A stretch of DNA of 62,720 nt, filler included, from Sphacelaria rigidula (GCA_964200075.2; 8 parts of 8 records of this genome joined end to end with filler, not necessarily neighbours in it); one strand, 5' to 3'; positions 49,801-62,568 are shown, numbered from the whole stretch's first letter. The notes: generated by a model from the sequence alone, not told the origin. Numbers and translations: made by a program.

Positions 49801-52800
49801 GCAGTATCTTGGGGGCAAGGGCATCTCTAGAAAGGCGCCATGTTTCCTGCGTTGCGGTCTTCTCTCCGACCAGCGGTGAGTGAGAGATTGCATTGCGCGT
49901 GATGTGCTTCGGAATTGATCGTAACCTACAAGAGGTCGGTGCTGCTTGTCCCGTGCCGGTCCTGGTGGAGATGCCCGCGTGCCTTGTAACAGCTTGGCTC
50001 CCACACCGAGTGTTCTGCACTCCCGCTGCTGCAGTTCACCCTGGACCGTGGTTCTGCAAGATGAACACACGTAGTTGTCACTGGAAATGGCTGAACTCGG
50101 TTTCTGTGTGTACACGTGATAGATGGAGAACCCGTGATGAGCTGTTGTTTTCGTCCACATCCCTTGTGCGCAGGAGCTGTGCTTGCACGGTGTGTGATGA
50201 ACGTCACAACAGTAGGGTGTGATTGACACAGCGCACGACAAGCGCTGTTGTCACGGACTGTTGTGGGGTACATGCTGCAGCTGTTGTGTTTGCAACAACG
50301 GGAAGCGTCAACAAGTTCTGGAAAACGGTGTCCAGGGCATTGATGTCCTCGTGCGAGATCAAACGGTTGCACTGCAGTTACAGCACTGCACTTCGTGGCA
50401 CTCCGTTGTACTGTTGACCCATGGTGCCTTCAAACTTCGTCGCCACTTCTGCGCCGAGGCATGACCATGAAAAGCGAGACACATGGGTTACTTACCGTAC
50501 CGCTACGTCCATTGCTCCTAGTCGTCACCGTTGCTAGCTTTTGCGTGCTACCTTTCCTTCCCCCTCACCTACGCAACGTGGACAGAGTCTTTCGGATAGC
50601 GCCAACCTCACCTGTGTATGTTGTGTGCACGTAGGTACGACGGTATAACTCGAGCGTGTAAAATGGGGTGCGCATATACCGTCTGTACCACTGTGGGTAC
50701 AACAGAGTCCAGTGGTGGTCTCTCTTGTATATGGTGTACATTTTGTGCTCTTACAGCAGAGAGTTACAGCACACCCTGAGGCTGTAGTTTACACAACAGT
50801 AGTGGATGTTACAGATATATTGTCGCTCTGTAGTCAAGTCAAATGGTGACGATATTTGCGCCCTCTTCCTTGTATAACCATTGATCACATCTGCTGCTAG
50901 GGTGGTGCTTTGAAGGGGGCGGCATGTCGACAACAGGGGGCGAAACGATCGATGGGCACAATCGAGGTATGTGTGTCTTCCCTTCCTCGCTTTTAGCACA
51001 GCTGTCTGTACCGTAACTCGATCGAGTAATTTTGTCCGCTAAATACAGTCTGTAAGTACTCGTCATGTACAGACAGAACTTGAGTACAACGGCGTGAAAT
51101 TATAGGAGAGGGGCACTTTCCGTTTCCTGCAGCTCCGACAATCGCTCGGCGTTTTACCGTGCAGTTGTGATGTTGCGTTTACTGCGCAGCATTCATATGC
51201 ACACAGGACATAACGGGTGCACTCTTGTATTATAGTACACTCGGTTGTTGAGTACGACAGTTCAGCACGGGGTGGGCCCTATCTTTTCCCCATCAGTTGT
51301 GGCGAAGTACTGCCGAACTAGTACTGTATGTACAAGAGAAAGTCGCCACATCTTGACGGCACGGCAACTATACTGCGCTGTTACGATGTCTGACTTTTCG
51401 GTGGGAGGACTGGATCCTTTCTGAAATTCAGGTCGAGAACAGAGCCAGAAATCGCGAAAACAGTTCGTTGCCTACTCTCGGTTATACTCGGATTATGTGT
51501 TACCTTCCCGTGGCAGATCGGCCCGATGTTTCCCCGTCAACATGTGTGCCCGTATCCTGTTTGTGTTCTGCGAGGTAGGGTGTACTGTATACCCTGTGGT
51601 TTCAAATCCCGGATTGTTACTACGGCCCCCGGTAGAGAGGTGCAACTACAGATGGGTTCGGTGGGTGGGTCTTCGATACCCCATCCTACCGTTTGTACTG
51701 CACTGCACTGTTTGTCTGCAAATGCTCTGAAATATATCTTGCGGATTATCCATGAACCTCTCCTTATGCGGAATATCCTTCCTATTCATACACCTGCTAC
51801 TATGGTGGTACACTGAAAAGATAGTACGGCACGGTTAGAGTATGTTGCTACATTTACTGTTTGGGTGCTGCACTCCGTTGCTCTGTACCTGTACTGCGCT
51901 GTTGTACTGTTCTGCATCTGTGAAATATTATGTACTCGTACTCAACAACAACTGCTGATTTAATCTTCACTGACGGCACGGATGTACGACATTGCAAGCA
52001 GCACTGTATAATGATCCCTTAACCGCCAGTCTCGTTTCGGAACAGTATCATATAATGGCTATCGAGGAGGTTTGAAGAGGAGTCTGGAGCGGGTAGTGCA
52101 TCTTTGTTGACAAGAGGGCGGGAAGTGGCAGGGGGCGTTCCCAGATTCTCGCAGAAAGCTTCCCAGATCAATCTACTAAGAAATTTTCAGGTCGGGCAAT
52201 TGAAGCCTGACGCCGTGTCTAATCAAATTTGTCTCCGATCGAAAACTTGCGGCGGAAAGTAAATTTGTGTATCTGATAAGTCCACGTCACTGTTGTTCCG
52301 AGATGGCTTCAAGTTCATTCTGTGACTGTTCGCGCGCGATCGGCAGGTTGTAAAACAGAAAAGCTCAGCTTTTTCGATCGAAAACACGCGGCGGAAAAGA
52401 AGATGGGTCGGACCAAGTAATGATTCGTTTGGAAATTACTTCATTTTAGTGTCATTGTTATTCGTACCGTACGAATCAATCCTTACGCCTTGTTTCCAGC
52501 GTTGCAACCCAGGTACACGCGTAGCCCAGGCACGTGGAATAGCGCAAAAATTGCCGGGAGACTTTTTTGACCGTATTGTGACCAACAATAGTTGCAATAA
52601 ATAAAGCTTATCATGACTGATTCCAGTACAAGTGGGTCTCCTGTAGTTCAACCGGTCTCATACAGATATTTCGTAGTGTAGGTGCCCTTTTTTGTGTAGA
52701 CGCTCTGTTTCTTGCCTTCTTCTGCGGGCTGTTTGGGTTGTGGTTATGGGTGGTATCCTCCTTGCACTATGTGACCACGGGTTCGAGAGATCGAGCTAGT

Positions 52801-54969
52801 GTGACAGGTGTAACAATAATAATAAATACTTGACGCAGTCAATTTAATTTTTTTTGTCACTGTTGACTGCGCATTGTGACCGACAATAGTTGCAATATGT
52901 CTATACTTTACGCAGTACACGTATGTTGAAACTATTGACTACATGTTGCCGTTGTCCAGGGTATGCAATTTTCTCAGCAACCAACGTACGCCTGGAGCAT
53001 ACATCACCAGTTGAGCGTACATGCACTGCAGTAATTTGCCGGTGAACAAACTTGAACATGTTTTATCATTGTAAGGGTTGGCGACGGAAGTGCATGGTGA
53101 GGTGGGCGACCGGCTTGCGCGCACGCTCATGAACAGTGCAGGCAAGTACAAAACTGCACGCTGTTCAAGTCTTCTTCGGATCCTCATGTATGCAGAGTAT
53201 GGACAGTCCTGTGCTGTCTGTACTGCACGCTGCCCCCCCCCCCCTTTTTTTTTCATCCTACCCTAGGAGCACGGCACGCGCACACAATGTATGTAGTGTG
53301 CAGACAGGGTAAACAAACGGTACTGTTAGTACTGATCGCGGGTGAACAAGTACCATTTCACGAATTCCACCACCTTTTTCGATCACAACCGTGCGAATTC
53401 GCCTGGACCCAACCGCGCACAACGAACAAATTCAATCCCGCCCCACTAATTCGTTCGATAGAAAGAAAAAAAAATGTTGAGTCGACGGGTGTCCGTGAAC
53501 TGCAAATGGGCGGGAAAAGAGCTGAATATGTGGGCGCCGTGGTTGAGTTGGCGCGTGGATTCCCTTGCGCGCAGTGTGCCGCATCAGGTACAGTGTGGGA
53601 AGCGATGGTCCAGGATAGGTACTTTCTGAGCCGACTGGTGGCCCAGATAAGGTACTGTTGAAAAATGATTCCAAATCAGGTATACCTGGCCGAAGTTTGG
53701 CCTGGAATGGGAAAAGTGGTTTCTGGAGGCGAGACGTCCTCCTGGGCATGGCCATTTCTCGCAAGTAACATGTTTTTTTCTGTTTTTTTCGAAGCCCGGG
53801 TGCCGAGGAGCCCCCCGGTTGCTGTGCGTGAAAAATTCTGAGCGAAGTCGGTCTAGATTGTACGTTTTGCTGTTTTTGCGCTTCTGGTCATGTTTTGTAC
53901 CTGACACTTTCTATGATAGCCCCCCCCCAAAACCAGCCCAAAAGTGTCACGAAAAAAATGGCCACCCAGCGCTTACTGATTGGGTTCAGACTGCATGAAG
54001 CGCCTCATATTGGCAACATTGACCAAAACGAACCCAAACGTCGAAATTCCCAGCTGCACGTTTAGCTCGGCCTTTCCCACTTCGATTTAAGTGAAGATTT
54101 TGCCTCCCAAAACCATGCACTTTTTTTTTTTGGGGGGGGGAGGCTATCGTAGAAAGTGTCACCTTTCTTGGGCAAACTACGAGAAGGTATACCTTTCCTA
54201 CGCAATTGCCCTCGAATATTTCTGCTACAACTTTTGTCGAGGACAAATTGTCATACTAGTATGTCACGGGGAACCATCATGGACCGTATCATATGTGGAC
54301 TTTTTTTATTATTATTTATCATGCCAGCTTCATTAACTTTACTCCAAGTTGAGTAATTATTAGTTATCAATAAATCCCTTGCCTTTTTTTTCGTGTTATG
54401 GATGCTCATTTTTGTTCCTCTTCTGTGGTGTTGTTGACCTGAATATTGAAATGTGATGGCGTAGATGGCGGTACGTGAGGCCATCAACCAGGGGCTCGAC
54501 GAGGAGATGAACCGAGATGAGCGGGTGTTTCTTATGGGGGAGGAAGTGGCGCAATATCAGGGAGCTTATAAGGTGAGCGCTGTTCGGCTCAGCTGTGCAT
54601 GTATGTAAAGATGATCACCTCGTCCTCGCTCACTCCTGCACGGAGACCGCTTCTCTCGGTGTGTCTGAGCGGCCAGTCTAGTTTGCTCCATTTTTTTTTC
54701 TCGGGTCGAGAGAAACGAATGGCGTTCCAAAATCGCGAAATTCCTGCTGTGTCCTCGGTGTGCGCGTTAACGAAACAGTTGGCTCCGGGGGGGGGGGGTC
54801 GATCTAGATAATGCATCCTTTTTTTTCAAGTGAAATCGAGGGCAATTCAACAGATGACGTGTATGTTCGNNNNNNNNNNNNNNNNNNNNNNNNNNNNNNN
54901 NNNNNNNNNNNNNTTAATTAATTAANNNNNNNNNNNNNNNNNNNNNNNNNNNNNNNNNNNNNNNNNNNN

Positions 54970-55314
54970 GGTGATTTCGCAGACATCGGAAGCAGCGCTA
55001 GTCTGCTTCATATGATTCCACATGAATTCTTTGATGAATGTCTGTGGACTTCCGCTGTCTAACAACGAGGCGCACTTAGCACGCGCCGTGGCGTAAGAAC
55101 CGCAGTGTAATGCTACGCGGGTAGTGAAGGTGGCAGGATCAATGGACACCTTACCACCAACAAGGTCAGGGCCATGTTCAGATAACGTGAATTGGTCAGG
55201 ATTAGTTTGACTGACCGTGAAAACGGATGGCGGGTGATCCGCGGGGGGTTCGAAGGTATCGGTAGACATCGTGGGGGGCTTATCCGATCGTGAAGGGCAG
55301 CGTAAATCATGATT
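54970..55314 (-). pseudogene. Retroviral-type aspartic protease start, truncated by the contig end
   Basis: ASLLDSGSPQTFI active-site motif. Confidence 0.8.
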
Positions 55315-56190
55315 TTAATCAATCTCGTATATCACTGGCTTGAAAGTACAAGGATCATTCTTGAAGAGAGATTGCTGCGAAGTGCGACAGGGGTCATCGG
55401 TGGAGGATACGGTACCGTCTGAAAGGTCTGATTTGGATTCCTCTGGGATGCCTGGCAATGTCATCGAGCTCAAAGTCTCCGCTTTTTGGGGAAAATGAGG
55501 TCGGAATTTTCCTCTGGCGGGAGGGGGGCGGTCAATTGTCGCGCTTCCGTGGGGGCATGACGACGAGGTTTCCTCTCGTGACAAATGACTGGGAACTTCC
55601 AAGACTTCTTGGGAAACTGCAACTGCGTCCAGTTGAGGTGCTGTTGTCAACATCGGGGCATGCTCGGCCGAAAGTTGTGGACTGTCCGCTGGTAAGCTCG
55701 GTACAAAGGGCACTGTTGAATGTGAAAGGGGACGAGTGTTGTCCGCTGTATGTCGGGGTAGTTTCGCGGAAGAAGAGTGTCGCGAAAAACGACTACGATC
55801 CGGCCGGGCGGGAGTCGAAGGGTTTGAAGTGGTCAGTTTCGAACCATCAACACCAGAACCAGGTGAAGGAAGTCTGCTACAACCGGTGCGTGCGGTCGTT
55901 GAGGGAAGCCTGTGCCTCAAGAGTCCGCGGTCGGTCTTCCCACACCTCAGATTTATACTTAGTTCCGAAGGACCAATTCTGGAGCCAAGCATAGAGCTGG
56001 GTTGTGAGTCAACACAACGGTTGCGCTGCCTAAATGAAGATAAAGGCGGGGGTCGATAAGAACGGCCGTTAATTGATCTTCTGAATAGTGATGGGTGAGA
56101 ACGTGTTGTCACCCGAGTGGTGTTGTGTGGTGGATGAGTCTCCGATTCTGCTATCTGCGGCGCCGAAGACTTCACGCCATCGTCGGCGTG

Positions 56191-57760
56191 TCATGGGTCG
56201 TTGCGATCCGTCATGAAAGAACCAGGGTTTCTGGCATTGGGGTTGGTGTTGTGGTGAGTCGACCCTGTTCGCTGGTGATGACCATGCGAAGACTGAGAAG
56301 GGCGAAAAGCACTACCTCTATGGCGAGTCCCTGAGACTGTGTCAGTGGTGTGGCGGCGGTCGCGATTTGAGCGAGAGTCGCTATGAGTTTGGTAAGGCTG
56401 GCGAGGGTGGCGAGAAGGAGGAGTATACTCTCGCATGCGTTTTTGCCATTGGCGCCACACCTGCCTGTTGCTCTGAAGTTCAGGGTTCATGAGCGAAAAG
56501 ATATTGATGCAAGGTTCAGGGCAATCTCGCATACTGTGGCCAGCACCATTGCAGTCAATGCATGTGTTAGCATGGCGACGAAAAGCATCCCTGCGAGCCG
56601 AAGGCGATAGCAAGGGGGTCCACGAATTTGGGTCATCGGTAATGAAAGCAGTCGTGGAAACGACATAAACGTAATCAAAAGTGTCTGCCGAAAAAGGCCA
56701 AGCATCAAAGCTTGCACGGAACGGGTCTCTTTTGTTACGAACAGGCATGACCGATCCACCGACGGAGTTTGGTGTCCAAGTATTATTGGACAAAGTCTGA
56801 GTGCGTCCACGAGGCCGGGAGGTACTTGTTGAAGCGGCACGCAAGATCTGCGAGGGCCCAGAAGAACACTGTGCGCCACGAATGGCAGGCGTTAAATTAT
56901 GTTCCTGATCTACAAACGCATTCCACATCGCGTCTACAGAGGCGTAAGGCACCTCTGTGTGCGTCAAAGCGCCCGGAAACAAAGACGGCATCAGCGTCGG
57001 AAATTGCTGAGCGATACTATTGCGAACGTATGTTTGACACATAGCATCACTAGGGCCATTCTGTCGCCCGGTACCAGTCACACTCGACACCAAAAGCTTG
57101 AATTCGCGGAGGTAATCAGCGAAGGGCACGTCTGTCGCGACGGCGCAGGAACTGAGGCGCTTGATGGCGCCTGCCTGATCAGACTTATCGAAGTACCCTA
57201 TGAAACGCCTTTCCAAATTGCTGAATAATAACGGCGCTGGTTGCCCACGGGCACGATCTTGGTCCACGGCGGCGAAGAAGGAATCGAGAATCTGCGTCAA
57301 AGAGGCAACAACGTCAGGGGAGCGATGGCTGATTGAGCGGTGCAAAGCCTTATGGTGCGGTGTTTGCTAGCCATCGATCCAGTCAGAGTCGTCGAAGCGT
57401 TGTTGACCAGTTGCATCGGCCAACTCCAGAATATTGCGCATCGTTCGACGCATAAAGGAAATGAGAGCGGACGTAAACTGACCAGAGTCCTCATTGTCTG
57501 CAGCAGGCATGGTTTTGACATGCGATAATTTCTTAACATCCATCTGCAAGTATTCGCGCTTGATCGCGGCGACACGAAAAGCTTGTCTACGAGTATCAGC
57601 AGCGGCTTTGTCAGCCGCAGCTTGTTGTTTAGCGGCGGCGGCAGCTAGTGACCGAGCCGAGTTGGAAGACAGTGGGCGACTCGAATTATCACTATCACTA
57701 TTCGTGAGACCTAAGATGCGAGCAAACGCATAAGCTAAAGGAGGCGTTACTTGCCTGACG
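56191..57760 (-). pseudogene. gag: Gag core with zinc knuckle, interrupted by an in-frame TAG at 57367-57369
   Basis: CIDCNGAGHSMRDC (CX2CX4HX4C) and an F.DYLREFK.L capsid-like segment. ORFs 57367-58167, 56191-57345, 55315-56175 and 54922-55269 are all in one frame. Confidence 0.75.
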
Positions 57761-60535
57761 GCCGATGAGGGCCGGTCGTACCGCGTTGAGGCGTGGTGGT
57801 GGTGTCGTGCAGTCGATGAACTCGAAGACTGGTTGCCAGCCCGTTTTTGAGTACCACGAGTCGATCGTCGATTGTTGTTGGTAAGACGGTGGGGCCCGTG
57901 CGTGGGGCCCGTGCCCACGGCGCGGTGCAGCCCCGGAAGGGTCGTCGTCAGAGACGTCATCATCATGACGATGGCGAGGGGGGTGCGGGGTGATCCAAGC
58001 TCCATCATTGTCAGATGGCAGTGTGTTGCGGGCTGCCCGCATGGCGGCAAAGAGGGCGGCGACGGCGGTTTCATATTGAGAGCGAGCGTTCCCGGTACCA
58101 ATCGTGAGATGAAACACGATCCGTTCAATGGTGAGAGCGCCGGGGTCGTTGCGCGGGAGCTGTCCACCTTGTTGGAGGAAGGGGACGATCACACCATTGA
58201 CGGGCAAGATGAGGGAGCTCCAAGCCTGCTCAGAGACGTGGAGTACGTTGTTGCAAGTGTACTCCCCCGAATGTTGACGGAGCGTCCAACCGAACCAAGC
58301 ACGTTCGCTACTCTGCAGATGCAGCCCGGGTGTGGCGGCGGGGGGCGCCGAAGCCCGAGGGACCTGCAGTGGTGCAGGCGGGGGAAGCGCAAGCGAAGCC
58401 GCAGAAGCCGCGGCAGCAGCGCGTAAGCGCGAAGGCTGGCAATCTGTTCGAGAGCCAGGAATAGCGGCGCCAGGTGCAGGCTCGGCCGGCGTGGTCCGAA
58501 GCAGAGGAAGATGTGGTTCCTGGTCCATGGAACGTAGGGCCGTAGCCGCAGTTTCGGTTGCGCTCTCGCATTGACGCAAACGGTGTTCATCGCGGCGTAC
58601 GGAATCATGTAAGTGACCGGGCGCAGCGAGGCGTTCATTGAGGGTACGCTGAGCCGCCCGCTGGCGGCTGGATGCTGAATCAACGGCCTGGCGTTGGCGC
58701 GCCAGTCGTTCCGCGAGGTCATCCGGAGGGAGACGGGGAGCAGCGTTGTCCACCGGTTGTCGGGGTGAAGGTGGTGCCGGGGCCGTGGCCGATTCGAAAG
58801 CTTGGTATTCGGCCAAAATTTGTTCCTGGTCTGCGCGGGTGCCACGAAGCCAGAGCCGGGGCGGAAGGCCCGACGGGCAATGCTCGATGTCTAGCAAGGG
58901 GCGATCGTCCGTGTCGGGCTTGGGGGCAGGCGCCGGAGCCGAGCCTGAGGCAGTAGAATTTGGTGGCAAAGGGGCCGATGTCGCCGAGGCGGCCGTGGCA
59001 GGGGCGCGGCCCTGATCCGCCGTGGCGGAATCCGCGGGGGCCGCCGTGCGGGGAGCGGGGGGCGTGACACGGGCGCTCTCGACATCCGCATCAATGTCGG
59101 CTGCCGTAGAAGGGGCAGTGGCTGCGATGGGTGCAGTAGTCGAAGGTGCAGGAGCATTGGCCGTAGTTGCAGCGGAACGTAAGTAGCGACGAAGATCTGC
59201 AATTTGTCGTTCGAAAGCACGCACAGTGGCAGCATCAGGATGGGGCGGAAGGGCACGGTGAGTGCTGTGTCCGCTGCGCAAAGGTGCGTGAATATTAGCC
59301 AACGAAGCATCAACGGGTAGTCGTGAGCTTACATATGTCTGATCGACAGATTTAGGCCGTGAAGATCCCGTGGTTGAAGATAGTCCCGATAACAGAGCAC
59401 GTACATCATTGGCATGAGTAGTGGTATCACCGTGGTGAACAAGGCCGTCATGATCCAAATCCAAATCAGAAACAACATCTGAGGTTGAACGTACATCATC
59501 AGAGTCTGCAGCCAGTGGTGCAGAGGCTTGATGGTTCATATTACTGTCAAAGTGAACATGGTCAGAAGGCGTTGAATGTTCAACGGCTGTGTGAAACGCG
59601 GCCGCAAGCGCTTGTAAAAGGGCAGTTGTCGCCGGACCGTCAGAAATGACAGCCGGTGATGAACGAAGCAAGTGCTCAAGAGCCGTTACTAAAGGCAAGT
59701 GCTCTGTGGAAGGCGCTTCGGAGCGGCCAAGACGCGAGGAGGATGGTCGGCGCGAGGTGCGGTGAACAGAAATGTCCTCACGATACATGTCTTGTCGGCG
59801 CTGGCGCTGGGAGGCGTCGTAACCCTCAACATCGCGAGCGCGGGGTGAGTCAATAACCGCGGTAGAAGCCTGAAGCGGGTGGCGGTCCACAACAGTGGCG
59901 ACGCGTGGCGACTCATCAGACATGTGGGAGCCCCGAGACTGAGCCCGTTGCACAACAGAGCGAGCGCGTAGCGACTCGTCGACCATGTTGGAAGTCTTGG
60001 ACAGTGTACAATTCGCGACAGAGCGAGCGCGGAGCGACTCGTCGATCATGCCGGGAGTCTTGGGCAATAAACGATCCACGACAGAGCGAGCGCGGAGCGA
60101 CTCGCCGATCATGCCGGGAGTCTTGGGCAATGAACGATCCACGACAGAGCGAGCGCGGAGCGACTCGCCGATCATGCCGGGAGTCTTGGGCAATGAACGA
60201 TCCGCGACAGAGCGAGCGCGGAGCGACTCGTCGAGAATGCCGGGAGTCTTGAACGGCGTTCGATTCGCAGCAGAGCGAGCGCGAAGCGTCTCGTCGATAA
60301 TGTTGGAAGTCTTTGGCAGATGGCGGTCGTGGGCACCAGCAGCAGCCAAGTCTTGAGACGTGTAGTCGCCAGAGCTGCGAGTCGATGCTCTGTCGGATTT
60401 CACCTCTTCGTGTACAGTGGAAGTAATAGTGAAGGGTTTTGGTTTTGAAGGGAATGATAAAAGCAAACGCTGACGGCGTAAAGATTCGTAAGTAGGCAAG
60501 ACCGAGGGGAAAGTTATTTTCTGCGGTTGCACCAT
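57698..60535 (-). CDS. 945-aa low-complexity ORF with 21-aa tandem repeats, upstream of and overlapping gag
   Basis: Uninterrupted ATG-initiated ORF, rich in Ala/Pro/Ser/Arg, with a coiled-coil-like segment. Overlaps the gag frame near 57700-57800. Confidence 0.65.
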   Translation of the reverse strand: MVQPQKITFPSVLPTYESLRRQRLLLSFPSKPKPFTITSTVHEEVKSDRASTRSSGDYTSQDLAAAGAHDRHLPKTSNIIDETLRARSAANRTPFKTPGILDESLRARSVADRSLPKTPGMIGESLRARSVVDRSLPKTPGMIGESLRARSVVDRLLPKTPGMIDESLRARSVANCTLSKTSNMVDESLRARSVVQRAQSRGSHMSDESPRVATVVDRHPLQASTAVIDSPRARDVEGYDASQRQRRQDMYREDISVHRTSRRPSSSRLGRSEAPSTEHLPLVTALEHLLRSSPAVISDGPATTALLQALAAAFHTAVEHSTPSDHVHFDSNMNHQASAPLAADSDDVRSTSDVVSDLDLDHDGLVHHGDTTTHANDVRALLSGLSSTTGSSRPKSVDQTYVSSRLPVDASLANIHAPLRSGHSTHRALPPHPDAATVRAFERQIADLRRYLRSAATTANAPAPSTTAPIAATAPSTAADIDADVESARVTPPAPRTAAPADSATADQGRAPATAASATSAPLPPNSTASGSAPAPAPKPDTDDRPLLDIEHCPSGLPPRLWLRGTRADQEQILAEYQAFESATAPAPPSPRQPVDNAAPRLPPDDLAERLARQRQAVDSASSRQRAAQRTLNERLAAPGHLHDSVRRDEHRLRQCESATETAATALRSMDQEPHLPLLRTTPAEPAPGAAIPGSRTDCQPSRLRAAAAASAASLALPPPAPLQVPRASAPPAATPGLHLQSSERAWFGWTLRQHSGEYTCNNVLHVSEQAWSSLILPVNGVIVPFLQQGGQLPRNDPGALTIERIVFHLTIGTGNARSQYETAVAALFAAMRAARNTLPSDNDGAWITPHPPRHRHDDDVSDDDPSGAAPRRGHGPHARAPPSYQQQSTIDSWYSKTGWQPVFEFIDCTTPPPRLNAVRPALIGRQASNASFSLCVCSHLRSHE
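59830..60335 (-). repeat. 63-bp coding minisatellite (about 6 well-conserved units and 2 degenerate)
   Basis: cagagcgagcgcg recurs at 59956, 60019, 60082, 60145, 60208 and 60271. Peptide unit ESLRARSVVDRSLPKTPGMI(G/D). Confidence 0.92.
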
Positions 60536-62400
60536 ATTAAAGTGAAGAGGTAGAAATAGACGTCAGACACCAGAGTACAAAGGTTCTGGTATAATAATAG
60601 CAGGTAGTGTAGACTCGGCAAGAGATTGTAAGTACCGAAAAAACAAATTAAGCAGTAAAGACTACAAAATTTGATAAACGGAGTTACACCAAACTAGAGT
60701 AGACTGCTGTGATAATAACAATCAGCGTAATCACGGCGACTCCAAGTACCAAAAGGCAGACAGCAGAGCAAAAAGGTGGAGATTATTAAGCGCCGAAAAG
60801 GGAGGATCTGCGGCGGAAATAAGACACCTCTAGAGAAAACTGTATATGGGGGAGTAGGGGAGTCGCACGGACGGTGTACCAAGGCGTAAATAGTCGCAAG
60901 GGAACAAACTCACAGATAAACCCAACAGTTGTCGCACGAGGGGCTTGGTGCGAGAGTAAAACCTAACAATGAGGCGACTGTGAAAGGAGACAGACACCCG
61001 GGCAGATGTCCTACGAGCGCGCTGTGCACGGCAAAGATGACAGATATACGTGGTGGCCAGGCACACGCTGGACAAGGGTATTGCAGTGGTGCAAGTAAAA
61101 TACCGCACACAGGAGGTGTAGAAAAACACCACTCGAGACCGCGGAAGGAGGCACCAATACTAGTGTAGAATACGTTGCCAAAAGGGAGGCGATGTGTAAA
61201 TATCTGTGAAATTAAAGACAGAAAGAGAATCAAAAGTGCGGCAATGAGGGTGCGAAACAGAGCACTCAAGTGCAGGGGTCCAAGAGAAGACAGCTGTAGC
61301 AGTCGACTGAAACACGAGTTGTTGGTGCAGGTCAGGTGCCAAGCTGAGAAGACTACAGGGGAATGCGAAAAATTTCGAACAAGAAATCAGGAAATCGTTA
61401 AGCGATCCAGGTGGTGGAGCACCAAAGGGGAAAAAGTGGAACACGCTGTCCAAGGCTAAAAGGAGAAGAAAAAAAAACGTGTACGTAGTACCGCGAAAGA
61501 TAAAAAAAAGAAATGTATTCACCAATACTCGCACAAAAGATGAAAAGCGCGTCGGGGAATGCACGACCCAAAGGTGAAAAGTTGACCACGTAGTGCTCAC
61601 CCAGCGAAAAATGTAGTAGCAGGGCGGAGGTGTGATTGAAACCTAATGAGAGGTGCGACGAAAGATGACAGCACCGAATGTATCAATTAGGTTGGTGCAG
61701 ATTATCGCGCGGAAGAACAAATGGTGTGCGCTACAATACTCTGCACGCTGGAGCGGCAGTCGCGACTACCATAACCGTGCTGCGGTAGTTGTGACTACGC
61801 AATTGTCGCGCCGAAAAGGTATGAATACACTAAAGTAGTCAGTGTCAAGAGTAAAAGGACACCGCGCTATAAGCACAGCAGCGGCACACAAGTGTCAACG
61901 TCCTGCAAGGAGAAAAGGTACAGTCGATGTCACCGTCAGAGAGAAGCGGCGTATTCTGTAACGATGTGTAACGGTTCAGTAAGGGATAGTGTCAACTGTT
62001 CGTAAAGGTTTTACAACAACCCAGTTGACACCGTTGGGCGGGGTTGAAAAGGACGATGACAACAGAACAAGGGCACTGCAAAGCAAGAGTGTCGCCCAAC
62101 GAAAAGAGCGACCCAAACAGGAGAGGGATAAATGGCAGGTTGCAATCGTTGCTGCTGCGGCGGAAATGCAACGGAAAGCAATGCAGAGAGGCAGCACTGT
62201 AGTACAGCAAAAGGAAAGCACTCTAAAAGCTAAACGAAAACGAAGGACTGTTGGAACTGCTACTAACTAGGGGGGCAAAATACAGATGAACCAAACGTGA
62301 GGGGCAGCAAACAGGGGCTACAGAAAGGGACAGCTAGACAAGGCAACAAGGCCATGACAACACGCGTCGGCTACTGAAAAACCAAGCAAGACACGGCCAA

Positions 62401-62568
62401 TTAGTCGGACGCCAGTGTGATGTAGAGAAGGGTATAGACAGGTTCCACACCTTCCTAGATATGATCATCAATGTGCTGCGAGCTTGGTAAGGTGCGCAAT
62501 CGCGCAAGATGTCCGAGTAAAACAAGCTGCAGATACACACGTGCAGATTCACGTGACTGTTGGTCACA
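62401..62568 (-). repeat. Putative 5' LTR (62416-62568, TGTGA...TCACA) and primer-binding site TGGCGTCCGACTAA (62401-62414)
   Basis: The minus strand reads ...CTACATCACA c TGGCGTCC, i.e. a CA end, 1 nt, then a TGG-initiated PBS. The matching 3' LTR is not in the window. Confidence 0.5.

Larger units (their letters stand above)
54970..62568 (-). mobile_element. 5' half of a Ty3/Gypsy-type LTR retrotransposon (putative LTR, PBS, long leader, extended gag, protease)
   Basis: Gag-like ORF with a CCHC knuckle followed in the same frame by a retropepsin motif. Candidate LTR and PBS upstream. Confidence 0.75.

Noticed and set aside
55458..60356. Multiple plus-strand ORFs over the retroelement
   Set aside because: GC-rich antisense shadows of the minus-strand gag region.
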